Made by a program: the position numbers and the translations under genes. Positions 8,866 through 17,904 of a stretch of DNA of 64,000 nucleotides are shown here, one piece after another. The stretch is from Acidobacteriota bacterium (GTDB taxonomy: Bacteria; Acidobacteriota; Terriglobia; Bryobacterales; Bryobacteraceae): contig JAEZIJ010000204.1 of NCBI GenBank assembly GCA_023436715.1, forward strand, positions 3,548 through 67,547, in the 5' to 3' direction. Each line of letters starts with the position of its first letter. Positions within the stretch are counted from its first letter, which is position 1. The notes below the pieces were generated by a model. It was given only the letters and a program-made list of their open reading frames with translations. It had not been told where the DNA came from and did no database searches.

Positions 8866-10245
8866 TTGCCGATAGCTTTACTCGATTTTACCGCATGTGC
8901 ATTATCCTGTAGATTGAACTCTCGCAAGTCCCTCCCCGAACCCGGCGACACGCTGCGCGCCTCGGCGGTTTCCTCGGAGCTGACAGCGGAACCCGAAGCC
9001 CTTCCATCAATACCCGAACCCGAAATCGATCGCCCCGGCTGGTCCCAGGTTTTTCGCGCGCTGCGCCACCGTAACTTCAAGCTGTTCGTGGCCGGACAAA
9101 CCATCTCGCTGACGGGAACGTTCATGCAGACGGTGGCACAAAGTTGGCTGGTCTACCGCCTGACGCATTCGGAATTGCTGCTGGGCACCGCATGGTTCTG
9201 CACGCAGATTCCCGTCTTTATCCTTGGCCCCCTCGGCGGACTGGCGGCGGACCGGCACTCGCGGCATCGAATCGTCATCGCGACGCAAGTGTTTTCGATG
9301 ATCCAGGCGCTTCTGCTGGCCATCCTGACCCTCACGGGAACCGTGCAAGTGTGGCATATCCTCGCGCTGGCGGTCATGCTGGGCGTCGTCAATGCGTTCG
9401 ACATGCCGGGACGCCAGTCGCTTCTGATCCAGATGACCGGCAAGGACGACCTCCTTAGCGCCATCTCCCTGAACTCCACAATCTTTAACGCCGCGCGCGT
9501 TGTGGGCCCGGCCGCAGCCGGCCTGGCCGTTGCAGCGGTCGGCGAGGGCCTCTGCTTCCTTTTGAACGCGATCAGCTTCCTGGCGGTGATCGCTTCCCTG
9601 CTCGCGATGCGGCTGCCAAAGTTTGTCCCACAGAAGCGGGAATCGGCGTGGACGCATTTGGTTGGCGGTTTCCGCTACGCATACGGCCAGCCCATGATCC
9701 GCGCGCTGCTGATGATGGTGGCGGCCGCGACTATCTCGGGCATGCCCGCGCTTGTTCTGCTGCCGTTTTTTGCGGACGGCATCTTTCATCGCGGCTCGCA
9801 GGGGCTCGGATTTCTGAGCGGCGCAATGGGGATCGGAGCGGTGATCGGCACGCTGGTTCTGGCGCGCCGGGCGCGAACGTCGGGCCTGATCAAGGTCGTT
9901 TTCCTGGGCGCTATGACTTTTGGCGCGAGCTACCTCGTCTTGGCGGGCTCTCCCTCGTTCTACCTTGCGCTGGCCATTATGCCGGTGATCGGCTTCAGCG
10001 TCATGCGGCACAACGCGTCGGCAAACACGCTCATACAGGTACTCATCCCGGATGAGTATCGCGGCCGTATCATGGCGCTATACTCGATGACCGTGGTGGG
10101 AATCGGGCCGTTCGGCAGCCTCGCCGCGGGGGCACTGGCGGGCCGCTACGGAGCGCGGGTAACTGTGATGTGCGGGGGCGTCCTCTGCCTCATCGCCGCG
10201 ACCCTTTTCCGCTTGAACGTACGTAAACTGCCGGAGTTGAAATAG
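8866..10245 (+). CDS. MFS transporter (EntS/MFS_3-like)
   Basis: About 12 hydrophobic spans. FRALRHRNFKLFVAGQTISLTGTFMQTVAQSWLVYRLT is a typical N-terminus for this family. The true start may lie downstream of 8866. Confidence 0.8.
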   Translation: MPIALLDFTACALSCRLNSRKSLPEPGDTLRASAVSSELTAEPEALPSIPEPEIDRPGWSQVFRALRHRNFKLFVAGQTISLTGTFMQTVAQSWLVYRLTHSELLLGTAWFCTQIPVFILGPLGGLAADRHSRHRIVIATQVFSMIQALLLAILTLTGTVQVWHILALAVMLGVVNAFDMPGRQSLLIQMTGKDDLLSAISLNSTIFNAARVVGPAAAGLAVAAVGEGLCFLLNAISFLAVIASLLAMRLPKFVPQKRESAWTHLVGGFRYAYGQPMIRALLMMVAAATISGMPALVLLPFFADGIFHRGSQGLGFLSGAMGIGAVIGTLVLARRARTSGLIKVVFLGAMTFGASYLVLAGSPSFYLALAIMPVIGFSVMRHNASANTLIQVLIPDEYRGRIMALYSMTVVGIGPFGSLAAGALAGRYGARVTVMCGGVLCLIAATLFRLNVRKLPELK

Positions 10246-10249
10246 GCCG

Positions 10250-11503
10250 ATGAAAAGAATCGTCGCACTCATCGCCGCGATTTACATCGCAATCGGGGCG
10301 GCCTGGTATCGCGCGCGGGCGGAATCGCCATTCGCCGAAATCGACGAGATCATGGCCGAACTGAGCAAGATCACCGGTCTGGCCCAGTTGAAGAAGGTGG
10401 AGTACGCGCGCATCGATAAGGACGGCGTCAGGCAGTTTCTCGAAGAACGGGTGAAAGAAGCGGTGAAGCCGGAAGAGATCCGCGCCGAGGAACTCGTACT
10501 CAAGAAGTTCGGATTCGTTCCCGCGGATTTCGATCTGAAGAAGACCATGATCGAACTGCTCTCCGAGCAGGCGGCCGCGTTTTACGACTACCGGAAGAAG
10601 AAGCTGTTTCTGATCGATTCCTCTTCGGATGCCGTGCAGCATTCCGCTCTCGTTCATGAACTGGCCCACGCTCTCGCCGACCAGCACTTCCATCTGGATA
10701 AATACGTGGACCGCGCAGCCAAGGAGGACGACAGTTCGTTTGCGCGCCTGGCTGTCATGGAAGGCCAGGCCACGTGGCTGATGTCGGAGTATCTCACCGA
10801 GCGGACCGGGCAATCGCTCAAGGATTCGCCGGTGCTCGTGAAACTGATGAGCAGCGCGACCGAGGTTTCGAGCGGCCAGTATCCGGTGTTCGACCGCGCG
10901 CCGCTGTACCTGCGCGAGACGCTGCTGTTTCCGTACGCCCAGGGGCTGCTGTTCCAGCATGCCGTCATCGAGAAGATGGACAAGGCCGGGTTTACGGAAG
11001 TATTCCGGCGCCCGCCGGTCAGTACGCAGCAGATCCTGCATCCCGAAAAATACTTCGCCGGCGTCAAGCCCGTCCGTCCCCCGCTGCCCAAGGTTGAGAA
11101 CGGGCGCCAGTGGCGGACGTTTACGGATGGCGATCTCGGCGAACTCGACCATGCCATTCTGCTGAAGCAGTACGCAGGCCAGAAGGAGTCCGCCGAGCTG
11201 TCGCCGGCCTGGAGAGGCGGGTATTACCGGCTGCTCGAGAACAAGCAGGACGGGCGGATGGCGCTCGTATACGCTTCCGAGTGGGCCGATGAAGCTTCCG
11301 CCCGCAACTTCTTCGATCTCTACAGGAAAGTATTGAAGGGCAAGTGGAAGACGTTCGCGGTCGAGAGCGAATCCGTGGACGCGATTGCCGGTCGTGGCGA
11401 TGACGGGTACTTCCTCGTGACGCTCGATGGGAATCGAGTTTCGAGTCTCGAAGGCATGACCGCGCCGGTGCGCGCACAGACCGCGGTGAAAGCGATACAC
11501 TGA
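10250..11503 (+). CDS. membrane-anchored/secreted putative zinc metalloprotease (HExxH)
   Basis: N-terminal hydrophobic anchor. HELAHALADQH (HExxH) motif, followed by MEGQATW. Confidence 0.6.
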   Translation: MKRIVALIAAIYIAIGAAWYRARAESPFAEIDEIMAELSKITGLAQLKKVEYARIDKDGVRQFLEERVKEAVKPEEIRAEELVLKKFGFVPADFDLKKTMIELLSEQAAAFYDYRKKKLFLIDSSSDAVQHSALVHELAHALADQHFHLDKYVDRAAKEDDSSFARLAVMEGQATWLMSEYLTERTGQSLKDSPVLVKLMSSATEVSSGQYPVFDRAPLYLRETLLFPYAQGLLFQHAVIEKMDKAGFTEVFRRPPVSTQQILHPEKYFAGVKPVRPPLPKVENGRQWRTFTDGDLGELDHAILLKQYAGQKESAELSPAWRGGYYRLLENKQDGRMALVYASEWADEASARNFFDLYRKVLKGKWKTFAVESESVDAIAGRGDDGYFLVTLDGNRVSSLEGMTAPVRAQTAVKAIH

Positions 11504-11525
11504 AAATTCAAGGAGGAAAGGGAGC

Positions 11526-12110
11526 TTGACCCGTCGTCTCTTCGCCCTTGCAGTGGGAATCGGACTGAGTTTTCCGGCGCTTTTTGCCGCCGAGGTCCCC
11601 CGCCCCGCTCCGGAACTCGTTATCCGGCAGGTAAACAAACCGCAGCTTCTGCTCAGCCAGTTTCGCGGCAAAGTGGTTGCGGTTGAATTCCTGCAGACGA
11701 CCTGCCCGCATTGCCAGAACGCCTCGGCGCTGCTGAACAAGATGGGGGAGGAGTACGGGCCGCGCGGCTTTCAGCCCATCGGGATTGCGTTCAACGACAT
11801 GGCGACAATGCTGGTGCCGGATTACGTCAACCAGCTCGGACTCAAGTTCCCGGTTGGCGTGGGTACCCGCGAAGAGGTCATCAGCTACCTCCAGCACCCG
11901 GTGGTCGAGATGATGTACGTGCCGCAGTTGATCTTCATTGACCGGAAAGGCATCATCCGGGCGCAGTACGCCGGCCAGAGCGATTTTTTCAAGGACGAAG
12001 AGAAGAACATGCGCAAGCAAATCGAAGCGCTGCTGAACGAGCCGGCCGGCGGCGCCAAGGCGGCTCCGTCCAAGACGAAGGCCAAGCCGGCTTCGAAGAC
12101 TTCGAAATAG
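11526..12110 (+). CDS. TlpA/redoxin-family thiol-disulfide oxidoreductase
   Basis: Signal/anchor sequence followed by FLQTTCPHCQ (CxxC thioredoxin-fold motif). TTG start as given in the track. Confidence 0.75.
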   Translation: MTRRLFALAVGIGLSFPALFAAEVPRPAPELVIRQVNKPQLLLSQFRGKVVAVEFLQTTCPHCQNASALLNKMGEEYGPRGFQPIGIAFNDMATMLVPDYVNQLGLKFPVGVGTREEVISYLQHPVVEMMYVPQLIFIDRKGIIRAQYAGQSDFFKDEEKNMRKQIEALLNEPAGGAKAAPSKTKAKPASKTSK

Positions 12111-12152
12111 ACTTTCCCGTCCGCAGGCTTTAGAATGGTTTAAGTTCGTTGT

Positions 12153-12229
12153 GCGCCCGTAGCTCAGCTGGATAGAGCGCTTGCCTCCGGAGCAAGAGGT
12201 CGGCCGTTCGAATCGGCCCGGGCGTACCA
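12153..12229 (+). tRNA. tRNA-Arg (anticodon CCG), CCA encoded
   Basis: Hand-folded cloverleaf. Acceptor GCGCCCG/CGGGCGT; D arm GCTC-AGCTGGATA-GAGC; anticodon arm CTTGC-CTCCGGA-GCAAG; T arm GGCCG-TTCGAAT-CGGCC; then A-CCA. Confidence 0.9.
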
Positions 12230-12502
12230 CCCTTCCTAAAGAATCCAACGACTTACAGGAGGAGTCCGAGCCTCCTGGCCCACCCAGAACCCTTGCCGAG
12301 CCCGCCTTTTCTGACGATTCTGACAAGCAATTGACCAGTAGCGCGCCCGTGGCGCAAGAGGTCGATCCTCTCTGCGACTACGCCCGCCCCCGCTTCAACG
12401 CCCGCCGGCACAAGCATGTTCTTCCCCAGGAAGGAGTGAACGTTTGCATGGCCTGTGGGCGGGCATGGGAACGCGGGAGCGTCGGCTTCGTGGAGGCACC
12501 CG

Positions 12503-12895
12503 ATGCCTAAACCCCTCGACGTCGTAGGCACGCTCGGAAGCTGCGGCTACCAGATCGTGGACCTGTCATCCGACGCCGCCCGCTGCCACTACTACTTCGC
12601 CCGCCTGATCGACCCCCTCCGCGCCATCGCCCGCAGCCACGGTTACGCCCTGGCCACACACGGCAGCCTGGCGCGCGACATCGACCTGATCGCGGCGCCG
12701 TGGGTCGAGAACGTGTCCGAGCCGCAGATGTTGGCTGAGGCCATCCGCGCCGAGGTTGAGCGGATCATCGGGCACGCCTTCCTGGACGCATACGTGTTTC
12801 CTCTCCGCAAGCCGCACGGCCGGCTGTGCTGGTCGTTTCATCTGGGCGGCGGGCCGTACATCGATCTGTCGGTGATGGTGGGGAGGTGCGCGTAA
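12503..12895 (+). CDS. phage hypothetical protein
   Basis: ATG at 12503 (MPKPLDVVG..) within track ORF 12455..12895. High GC3. Contains THGSLARDIDLIAAPW, which only loosely resembles a nucleotidyltransferase GS..DxD motif. Confidence 0.6.
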   Translation: MPKPLDVVGTLGSCGYQIVDLSSDAARCHYYFARLIDPLRAIARSHGYALATHGSLARDIDLIAAPWVENVSEPQMLAEAIRAEVERIIGHAFLDAYVFPLRKPHGRLCWSFHLGGGPYIDLSVMVGRCA

Positions 12896-13278
12896 TGCTG
12901 GTCAAATACTTCCACCCACCCAAAGACTCCGACGGCGAGTATATGGCTCACGCCAACATCATCTGGGCGGACCGCGACCGCGGAAGCGGCTACTATTCCG
13001 TCAGCCGATTCGCGATGCGGAACGGAAGGTTCCCGGCTTCCCACCCATGCGCACCTTTCGACGATGCTGATCCCGGCAATTCCCAAATGGGCGGATCGAA
13101 GCGATTGGCTGCCTTCAGGGCACGCGGATATTGGGCGTCATGCTTCCCAGAGGGGGATGGGATCACCCTCAAGTGGTGGTCCGATGTGCCAAATCCTACC
13201 GAGAAAACGGCGGAGGACGTCACGCGCGACATCAGGGAGTGTTTCGGCTGGGAGGTACAGGCCGGGAGGTGCGCGTGA
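12895..13278 (+). CDS. phage hypothetical protein
   Basis: TAATG overlap with the upstream gene; GGGAGGTG RBS. MLVKYFHPPKDSDGEY.. Confidence 0.6.
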   Translation: MLVKYFHPPKDSDGEYMAHANIIWADRDRGSGYYSVSRFAMRNGRFPASHPCAPFDDADPGNSQMGGSKRLAAFRARGYWASCFPEGDGITLKWWSDVPNPTEKTAEDVTRDIRECFGWEVQAGRCA

Positions 13279-13580
13279 CCAATATTGCCGCCCTGGACGC
13301 CGAAGGTCGAAGCCTGATCTGGAGGGCAGCAGACCTCCGCGCAAGGTTCATACTGCTGCATCGCGCCGAGGTGCTTTTCGAACAGGGAGAGAACCGGGCC
13401 GCCTGCACGCTGATTCACGCCCTGGAGTACCTCAAGGACCGCCTGGCGTATGAGCTTTATCCGTGGCCGAAAAACTGCGTACCGGCAGACTTCGGTACGG
13501 ACTGGCGAGAAACGGTTGAACTTCCTCCAGGCAGCGCGGCCACCACGCACGCCCATCCCACGGAGGACACCAATGCCTGA
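13275..13580 (+). CDS. phage hypothetical protein
   Basis: GTG at 13275 overlaps the upstream TGA; same GGGAGGTGCGCG junction as the previous gene. VTNIAALDAEGRSLIW.. Confidence 0.55.
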   Translation: MTNIAALDAEGRSLIWRAADLRARFILLHRAEVLFEQGENRAACTLIHALEYLKDRLAYELYPWPKNCVPADFGTDWRETVELPPGSAATTHAHPTEDTNA

Positions 13581-13926
13581 GATGCGAGACGAAGAGATCA
13601 TCTGCCAGTTCATGGAACCGCGGCCGGAGCACCCTCCGTACAGTTGGCAGTCGCAGATCGAGTGGGGCAGGCCGACGCCGGGCGGATGGTGGTACGCGGA
13701 CTCGACCGTAGGGGTTCACGGGCATTGGAGACCGTGCGAACTAACCCTCGACCGCCTGCGGCTCGTCGAAGCGCGGCTGACGGATGAGCAGTGGGATCTG
13801 TACCGGGCCATCCTGACCATCCACAGTATATGGACCGACAGGCATCTCATCCATCTCGCTCCGGACCAAAAAGTCAAGGCACTGGCGGAAGTGCTGCGAT
13901 CTTCCAAGGAGCAGGCCGATGCCTGA
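13573..13926 (+). CDS. phage hypothetical protein
   Basis: ATGCCTGA start/stop overlap. MPEMRDEEIICQFMEPRPEHPPYSW.. Confidence 0.6.
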   Translation: MPEMRDEEIICQFMEPRPEHPPYSWQSQIEWGRPTPGGWWYADSTVGVHGHWRPCELTLDRLRLVEARLTDEQWDLYRAILTIHSIWTDRHLIHLAPDQKVKALAEVLRSSKEQADA

Positions 13927-14182
13927 AGAACTCTACTACATCCAGAACAAAGGCTACTGTGGCAACTGCCTGATCTGGTGGCGCGAAGGCGGCCACGGCT
14001 ACACCTGTAACCTCAACGAAGCCTGGAAGCTTCCCAAGGAGGAGGCCGAACGGATCTGCAAAGACCGGCCAGCCGAAGACATCCCGTGGCCTGCGGGCCT
14101 GATCGACGGCGCCGCGGATCGGCACGTAACCCAAGGCGGTCTGAGTAGAGCGACAGGCGCCGCGGAGGATGCTAATGCGTGA
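13919..14182 (+). CDS. phage hypothetical protein (Cys-containing)
   Basis: ATGCCTGA overlap. MPEELYYIQNKGYCGNCLIWWREGGHGYTCNLNEAW.. Confidence 0.6.
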   Translation: MPEELYYIQNKGYCGNCLIWWREGGHGYTCNLNEAWKLPKEEAERICKDRPAEDIPWPAGLIDGAADRHVTQGGLSRATGAAEDANA

Positions 14183-14654
14183 GGCGACCCACGAAGACCT
14201 CCGCAAGCGAGCCGTTAAGTGGCTGACGAACACATGCCGTTGCGGGGTCGTACTCTCCGAAATGGTCAGCGTGGCCGGGGAGACTCCCGACGCTATCGGC
14301 TGGAATGGCGGCCGATCGATCCTCGTGGAGCGCAAGGTCAGTCGCGCTGACTTCCACGCGAACAAGACGAAGCTGTTTAGCCGCGTCGGCGGCGGGGTTG
14401 GCAGACAGAGGTACTTCCTTTGCCCCGAGAGGCTCCTCACGGAAGCGGACGTGGCGGGCAGCGATTACGGACTGCTCTGGGATCGCGGTTCCCACATCAC
14501 CAAGGTAGTCCAGGCGCCGCCGCGTGAGAGCGACCTGCAAAACGAGGTCTACATGCTCACGTCAGCCCTACGGAGAGTAAAGGTGCGGGAATTCCTGATC
14601 GTGGTTTCGGAATCCACCCTTCCTATCGCTACCCAGGAGCAGGCCGGTGCCTGA
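14169..14654 (+). CDS. PD-(D/E)xK nuclease-fold protein (MmcB-like)
   Basis: ETPDAIGW..SILVERKVSRADF fits a D..ExK catalytic core. Size and context resemble MmcB-type phage nucleases. Confidence 0.5.
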   Translation: MLMREATHEDLRKRAVKWLTNTCRCGVVLSEMVSVAGETPDAIGWNGGRSILVERKVSRADFHANKTKLFSRVGGGVGRQRYFLCPERLLTEADVAGSDYGLLWDRGSHITKVVQAPPRESDLQNEVYMLTSALRRVKVREFLIVVSESTLPIATQEQAGA

Positions 14655-14795
14655 TCCCAACCGTTTCTTTATCCACCCCGGCCGCCGTGTGAGTTTCCAG
14701 GCCCGTGCGGCAGCCGAGGTGCAGCAGCAAGGAGCTACCGTGCAAATCTCACCACGGCAGGGTGGCTCCCGTCAAATGACAGAACAGGAGAAACC

Positions 14796-15425
14796 ATGCC
14801 ATCTATTCTTTTCCGCGGCGCGTTTTTGAGGCACGCCGTCCTTCAGGACGACGAGGAAGCCGGAGCCTTCCGCCGCATCCATTTCACCGCCGACTTCAGC
14901 GACCCGGTGCGCCAGCACATGGGATGGGACGATCTTCCGGACGGGCTGACCTCCGGCAAGCTGAGCGGAGAGCTTAACGGAACCCATCTGGTCCTCACGC
15001 CAAACGGCAAGGACCTGAAGAGACACGAACTCCAAATCTCGTGCTCCCAGGTGAACGACTTCCAGGTCTTCCGAGTGAAGAACGACGACGGCGAGACCAC
15101 GCGTACTGAACTGCGGTTCATCGTGCGCAGCAACCAGCCGGGTGCCATGGCGCTGATCGAAGCGTACAAGGAGGCGATCGGTCGCGGAGTCGGAGTGCTC
15201 AAGATCGCGCACGAGAAGCAGGAGGATCTGCCGTTCGAGAGCGAGGAATCCAAAGACGACCAGCCCGTCCTGAAGGACGAGGAAACCGGCGAGCCGATCC
15301 TGAGCGGCGAGGCGGCCGAACAGCATGCGGTGCTGGCCAGCAAGCGGCAAGTCGAGATCGCCGAGAACGGTGGCAAGCCTCCGGCGAAGCCGAAAGCTCC
15401 GCGCGGTCCGGTGGCGGTGAACTGA
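14796..15425 (+). CDS. phage hypothetical protein with an acidic C-terminal half
   Basis: Track ORF, preceded by a CAGGAGAAACC RBS. No recognisable motif. Confidence 0.6.
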   Translation: MPSILFRGAFLRHAVLQDDEEAGAFRRIHFTADFSDPVRQHMGWDDLPDGLTSGKLSGELNGTHLVLTPNGKDLKRHELQISCSQVNDFQVFRVKNDDGETTRTELRFIVRSNQPGAMALIEAYKEAIGRGVGVLKIAHEKQEDLPFESEESKDDQPVLKDEETGEPILSGEAAEQHAVLASKRQVEIAENGGKPPAKPKAPRGPVAVN

Positions 15426-15435
15426 GGGGAAACCG

Positions 15436-15696
15436 ATGGAACGGACCACCCCAGATCTACGGAGCGACCGCTGCTGTGAGTGCGGTCGCTCCAAGGCCGC
15501 CCATGGCGCGGAACTCAAGTGCCCCGGCGCGCGTACGTCGTTCGCCACGATGAACCTGCATGACGGGAAGCAGTGCAACGACTGTGTGTATGTCTCGCGG
15601 TGCTGCGCGATGTTCGGGCACATCCCGTCAGACGAGCGGTGTGACTTCTACCCGATCCGTTTTCGGGAGCGGAAGCAGGAGGCAAGCCGTGGGTGA
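15436..15696 (+). CDS. small cysteine-rich protein
   Basis: Eight Cys, including CCEC, CNDC and RCC. Its stop overlaps the start of the next gene (GTGGGTGA). Confidence 0.55.
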   Translation: MERTTPDLRSDRCCECGRSKAAHGAELKCPGARTSFATMNLHDGKQCNDCVYVSRCCAMFGHIPSDERCDFYPIRFRERKQEASRG

Positions 15697-16495
15697 AGTG
15701 ACGAAGATTTCCTGGACGAACCACACCTTTTCGCCGTGGATCGGTTGTTCGAAGATCTCCCCGGGCTGCAAGTTCTGTTACGCCGAGGCCGAGAATAAGC
15801 GTTACGGCCGCCGCAATCTCTGGGGCCCGGACTCCACGCGCCAGCAGACCTCTGAGGCCTACTGGCGGCAACCGCTCAAATGGAACGCCGCAGCGGAGAA
15901 GGACGGCGAACGGCGGCGCGTGTTCTGCGGCTCGTGGTGCGACGTGATGGAAGCCGGCTCCTACCTGGACGGCATCCGCAAGGACCTGTACGAGCTGATC
16001 CCGCGCACGCCCTGGCTGGATTGGCTGATGCTTACGAAGCGGCCAGAGAATTTCGGCCCGCTCCTGCCGTCGACGTGGATGGACAACCCGCCCGCGAACG
16101 TCTGGCTGATGACCACCGTTGAGAGTTCAGATTTCCTCTTCCGGACCGACTTCCTCAAGGCGTTCCCGGCCGTTGTGCACGGACTCAGCATCGAGCCGCT
16201 ACTGGGGCCGATGCCGACCCTCGGGGAACACCTGGACGGCATCGACCTCGTAATTGTGGGCGGCGAATCTGGCCCGAACGCCCGCCCCTGTGACGTCGCC
16301 TGGATCCGCTCCATCGTCCAGCAGTGCGCCGCAGCGAAGGTGGCCTGCTGGGTGAAACAGCTCGGTGAAATGGCGGTGGACCAACTGGGACCGATGCGCG
16401 GCGCCATGTTCCCGGCAACGGACCGCAAGGGCTCGCTGCTCGAAAGCCTTCCGTCGGATTTGAGGGTGCGGCAGATGCCCGAGGTGCGCCCGTGA
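15689..16495 (+). CDS. phage Gp37/Gp68 family protein (DUF5131, three-Cys motif)
   Basis: GTG at 15689. KISWTNHTFSPWIGCSKISPGCKFCYAE is the family-defining N-terminus. GGESG lies near the C-terminus. Confidence 0.8.
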   Translation: MGEVTKISWTNHTFSPWIGCSKISPGCKFCYAEAENKRYGRRNLWGPDSTRQQTSEAYWRQPLKWNAAAEKDGERRRVFCGSWCDVMEAGSYLDGIRKDLYELIPRTPWLDWLMLTKRPENFGPLLPSTWMDNPPANVWLMTTVESSDFLFRTDFLKAFPAVVHGLSIEPLLGPMPTLGEHLDGIDLVIVGGESGPNARPCDVAWIRSIVQQCAAAKVACWVKQLGEMAVDQLGPMRGAMFPATDRKGSLLESLPSDLRVRQMPEVRP

Positions 16496-16574
16496 CCGGC
16501 CTCGGGTTTCCCCGAATGGAGACCATCCTGCCGGCCGGGCGCCGCGGGATGGCTGAAGTGCTGAGCGCATCGCG

Positions 16575-16952
16575 ATGATGTCGGACCTGCGGTTCGAGCG
16601 CGAAAGCTGCGCGGAGTTGATCGAGCGCGCCCGCGGCCGCGTGCTCATCGCAGGCCTCGGTCTCGGCATGATTTTGCACCCGCTGTGCATAAAACCGGGC
16701 GTCGAGCGCATAACCGTGGTCGAGAAGTACCGCGACGTGATCGACCTGGTTGGCCCGAGCGTGGCGGGGCATTCGAACCTTCAGGTGATCCACGCGGACG
16801 CCTTCGAATGGCGGCCGGAGTCCGGCGCGCGCTACGACACCATCTGGTTCGACATCTGGCCCGGGTGGGGCGCGGCCATTCTGCCTGAGATCGCCAAACT
16901 GCATGAGCGCTTCCGGCCATTCCTGGCCGCCGGCGGCTGGATGGAGTCCTAG
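16575..16952 (+). CDS. short class-I SAM-methyltransferase-like protein
   Basis: VLIAGLGLGM (GxGxG-like), VERITVVEKYRDVIDL, IHADAFEW and YDTIWFDIW resemble a spermidine-synthase/MTase fold. At 125 aa it is short for that fold. Confidence 0.5.
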   Translation: MMSDLRFERESCAELIERARGRVLIAGLGLGMILHPLCIKPGVERITVVEKYRDVIDLVGPSVAGHSNLQVIHADAFEWRPESGARYDTIWFDIWPGWGAAILPEIAKLHERFRPFLAAGGWMES

Positions 16953-17108
16953 ATGCGGCGCGAGAGCGCGCGGAAACTGCGGCAGGCGCCAGAGCCGGCG
17001 ATACGGGCCGGGCGTAGCGTGATCGCGCGGTACCTGCACAGGCTCGGGATTCCGGTGACGGCCGGCGCGAAAGTCAGCGTCGGGTATGTAAGCGAGGAGG
17101 GTTTGTGA
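16953..17108 (+). CDS. small phage ORF, 51 aa
   Basis: Own translation: MRRESARKLRQAPEPAIRAGRSVIARYLHRLGIPVTAGAKVSVGYVSEEGL. It fills the gap between neighbours; its stop overlaps the next gene's GTG. Confidence 0.4.
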   Translation: MRRESARKLRQAPEPAIRAGRSVIARYLHRLGIPVTAGAKVSVGYVSEEGL

Positions 17109-17749
17109 GAGAAGAAACAGCCTACCCCGAATGGCGCCGGCGAAGCTGTCAGCACTGCGCGGCCGGCATGCCCATGTCGGTCGATCCGAAGCGGCACTGG
17201 GACGGCAACAGCAACCCGGTCGAGTGCACGGCGCCCACGGCCGAGGAATACATCGAGCACCTACTCTACGCGATGAAGCGCATCCTGTGGGAATCGCTGC
17301 CGATAGGCTCGGACTACGGGCACGGCGGAATCGCCAAGATCGCGCTGGAGTTCGTCACACGGCCCGACGGTAGCAGCCCGCACGAGGATGAGAAGTCCAA
17401 ATTGGCCGGCGACCAACCGACCAGCGAGCATGTGGCGTGGCTCCGCTACATACGAAGCGCGGAACGAACACAGATAGCCGCATGCGATTCGGATGCCCCT
17501 GGGGCATTCAAGGTTTATCGACACGCCGATTCAGAACTTGACCGTCTCCGCTCGCGCGTGGCGGAGCTGGAAGCCGAGAACCGAAAGCTGACCGAGTACC
17601 GGGACCAGATCGACATACTGCGCGACAGCGAATATATCTCCGCGCTCAAGTTTGGCTGGAATCTCGGCCAGGCAGACAACAGCGCGGTGTTCCATCAGGC
17701 TATCGCGTCACGGCGGCGCGAAATCGTCCAGGCCCGGAGGCCCGCATGA
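17105..17749 (+). CDS. phage hypothetical protein with a C-terminal coiled coil
   Basis: Track ORF. ELDRLRSRVAELEAENRKLTEYRDQIDILR segment. Confidence 0.6.
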   Translation: MREETAYPEWRRRSCQHCAAGMPMSVDPKRHWDGNSNPVECTAPTAEEYIEHLLYAMKRILWESLPIGSDYGHGGIAKIALEFVTRPDGSSPHEDEKSKLAGDQPTSEHVAWLRYIRSAERTQIAACDSDAPGAFKVYRHADSELDRLRSRVAELEAENRKLTEYRDQIDILRDSEYISALKFGWNLGQADNSAVFHQAIASRRREIVQARRPA

Positions 17750-17904
17750 CTCCATCCACCGACATTCGCCGCACCTGTGCAAAGTGCGGTGCCCTGACTT
17801 ATTGCTGCATCGTGCGCAAGGTTCACCTGGACAAGAAGTACCAAGTGCAGGTTGAGCGGGCCGAAGCCGTTTGCCCGAAGTGCATGGAGGTTGCCCATGC
17901 GTGA
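17746..17904 (+). CDS. small zinc-ribbon protein, 52 aa
   Basis: Own translation: MTPSTDIRRTCAKCGALTYCC..AVCPKCMEVAHA (CxxC...CxxC). ATGA overlap upstream. Confidence 0.5.
   Translation: MTPSTDIRRTCAKCGALTYCCIVRKVHLDKKYQVQVERAEAVCPKCMEVAHA

Noticed and set aside
8676-9125. 149-aa minus-strand track ORF spanning the MFS start region.
   Set aside because: Poor GC3. It overlaps the MFS 5' end. A different frame in the same stretch (8711-8842) has much better coding statistics.
12181-12510. 109-aa plus-strand ORF starting inside the tRNA-Arg gene.
   Set aside because: It overlaps the tRNA and then crosses non-coding-looking sequence. It has no RBS. It is most likely the tRNA-prophage junction.
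14647-14829. 60-aa ORF starting at the conserved GTGCCTGA junction.
   Set aside because: The first half has reasonable GC3, but the second half does not, and it overlaps the next gene's RBS and start. It was left uncalled because it may be a short real peptide or only a junction remnant.
16492-16578. 28-codon micro-ORF that could be a frameshifted N-terminal extension of the MTase-like ORF.
   Set aside because: The ATGATG/TGA arrangement is ordinary translational coupling and no slippery sequence is present. It is mentioned only within the DUF5131 finding.
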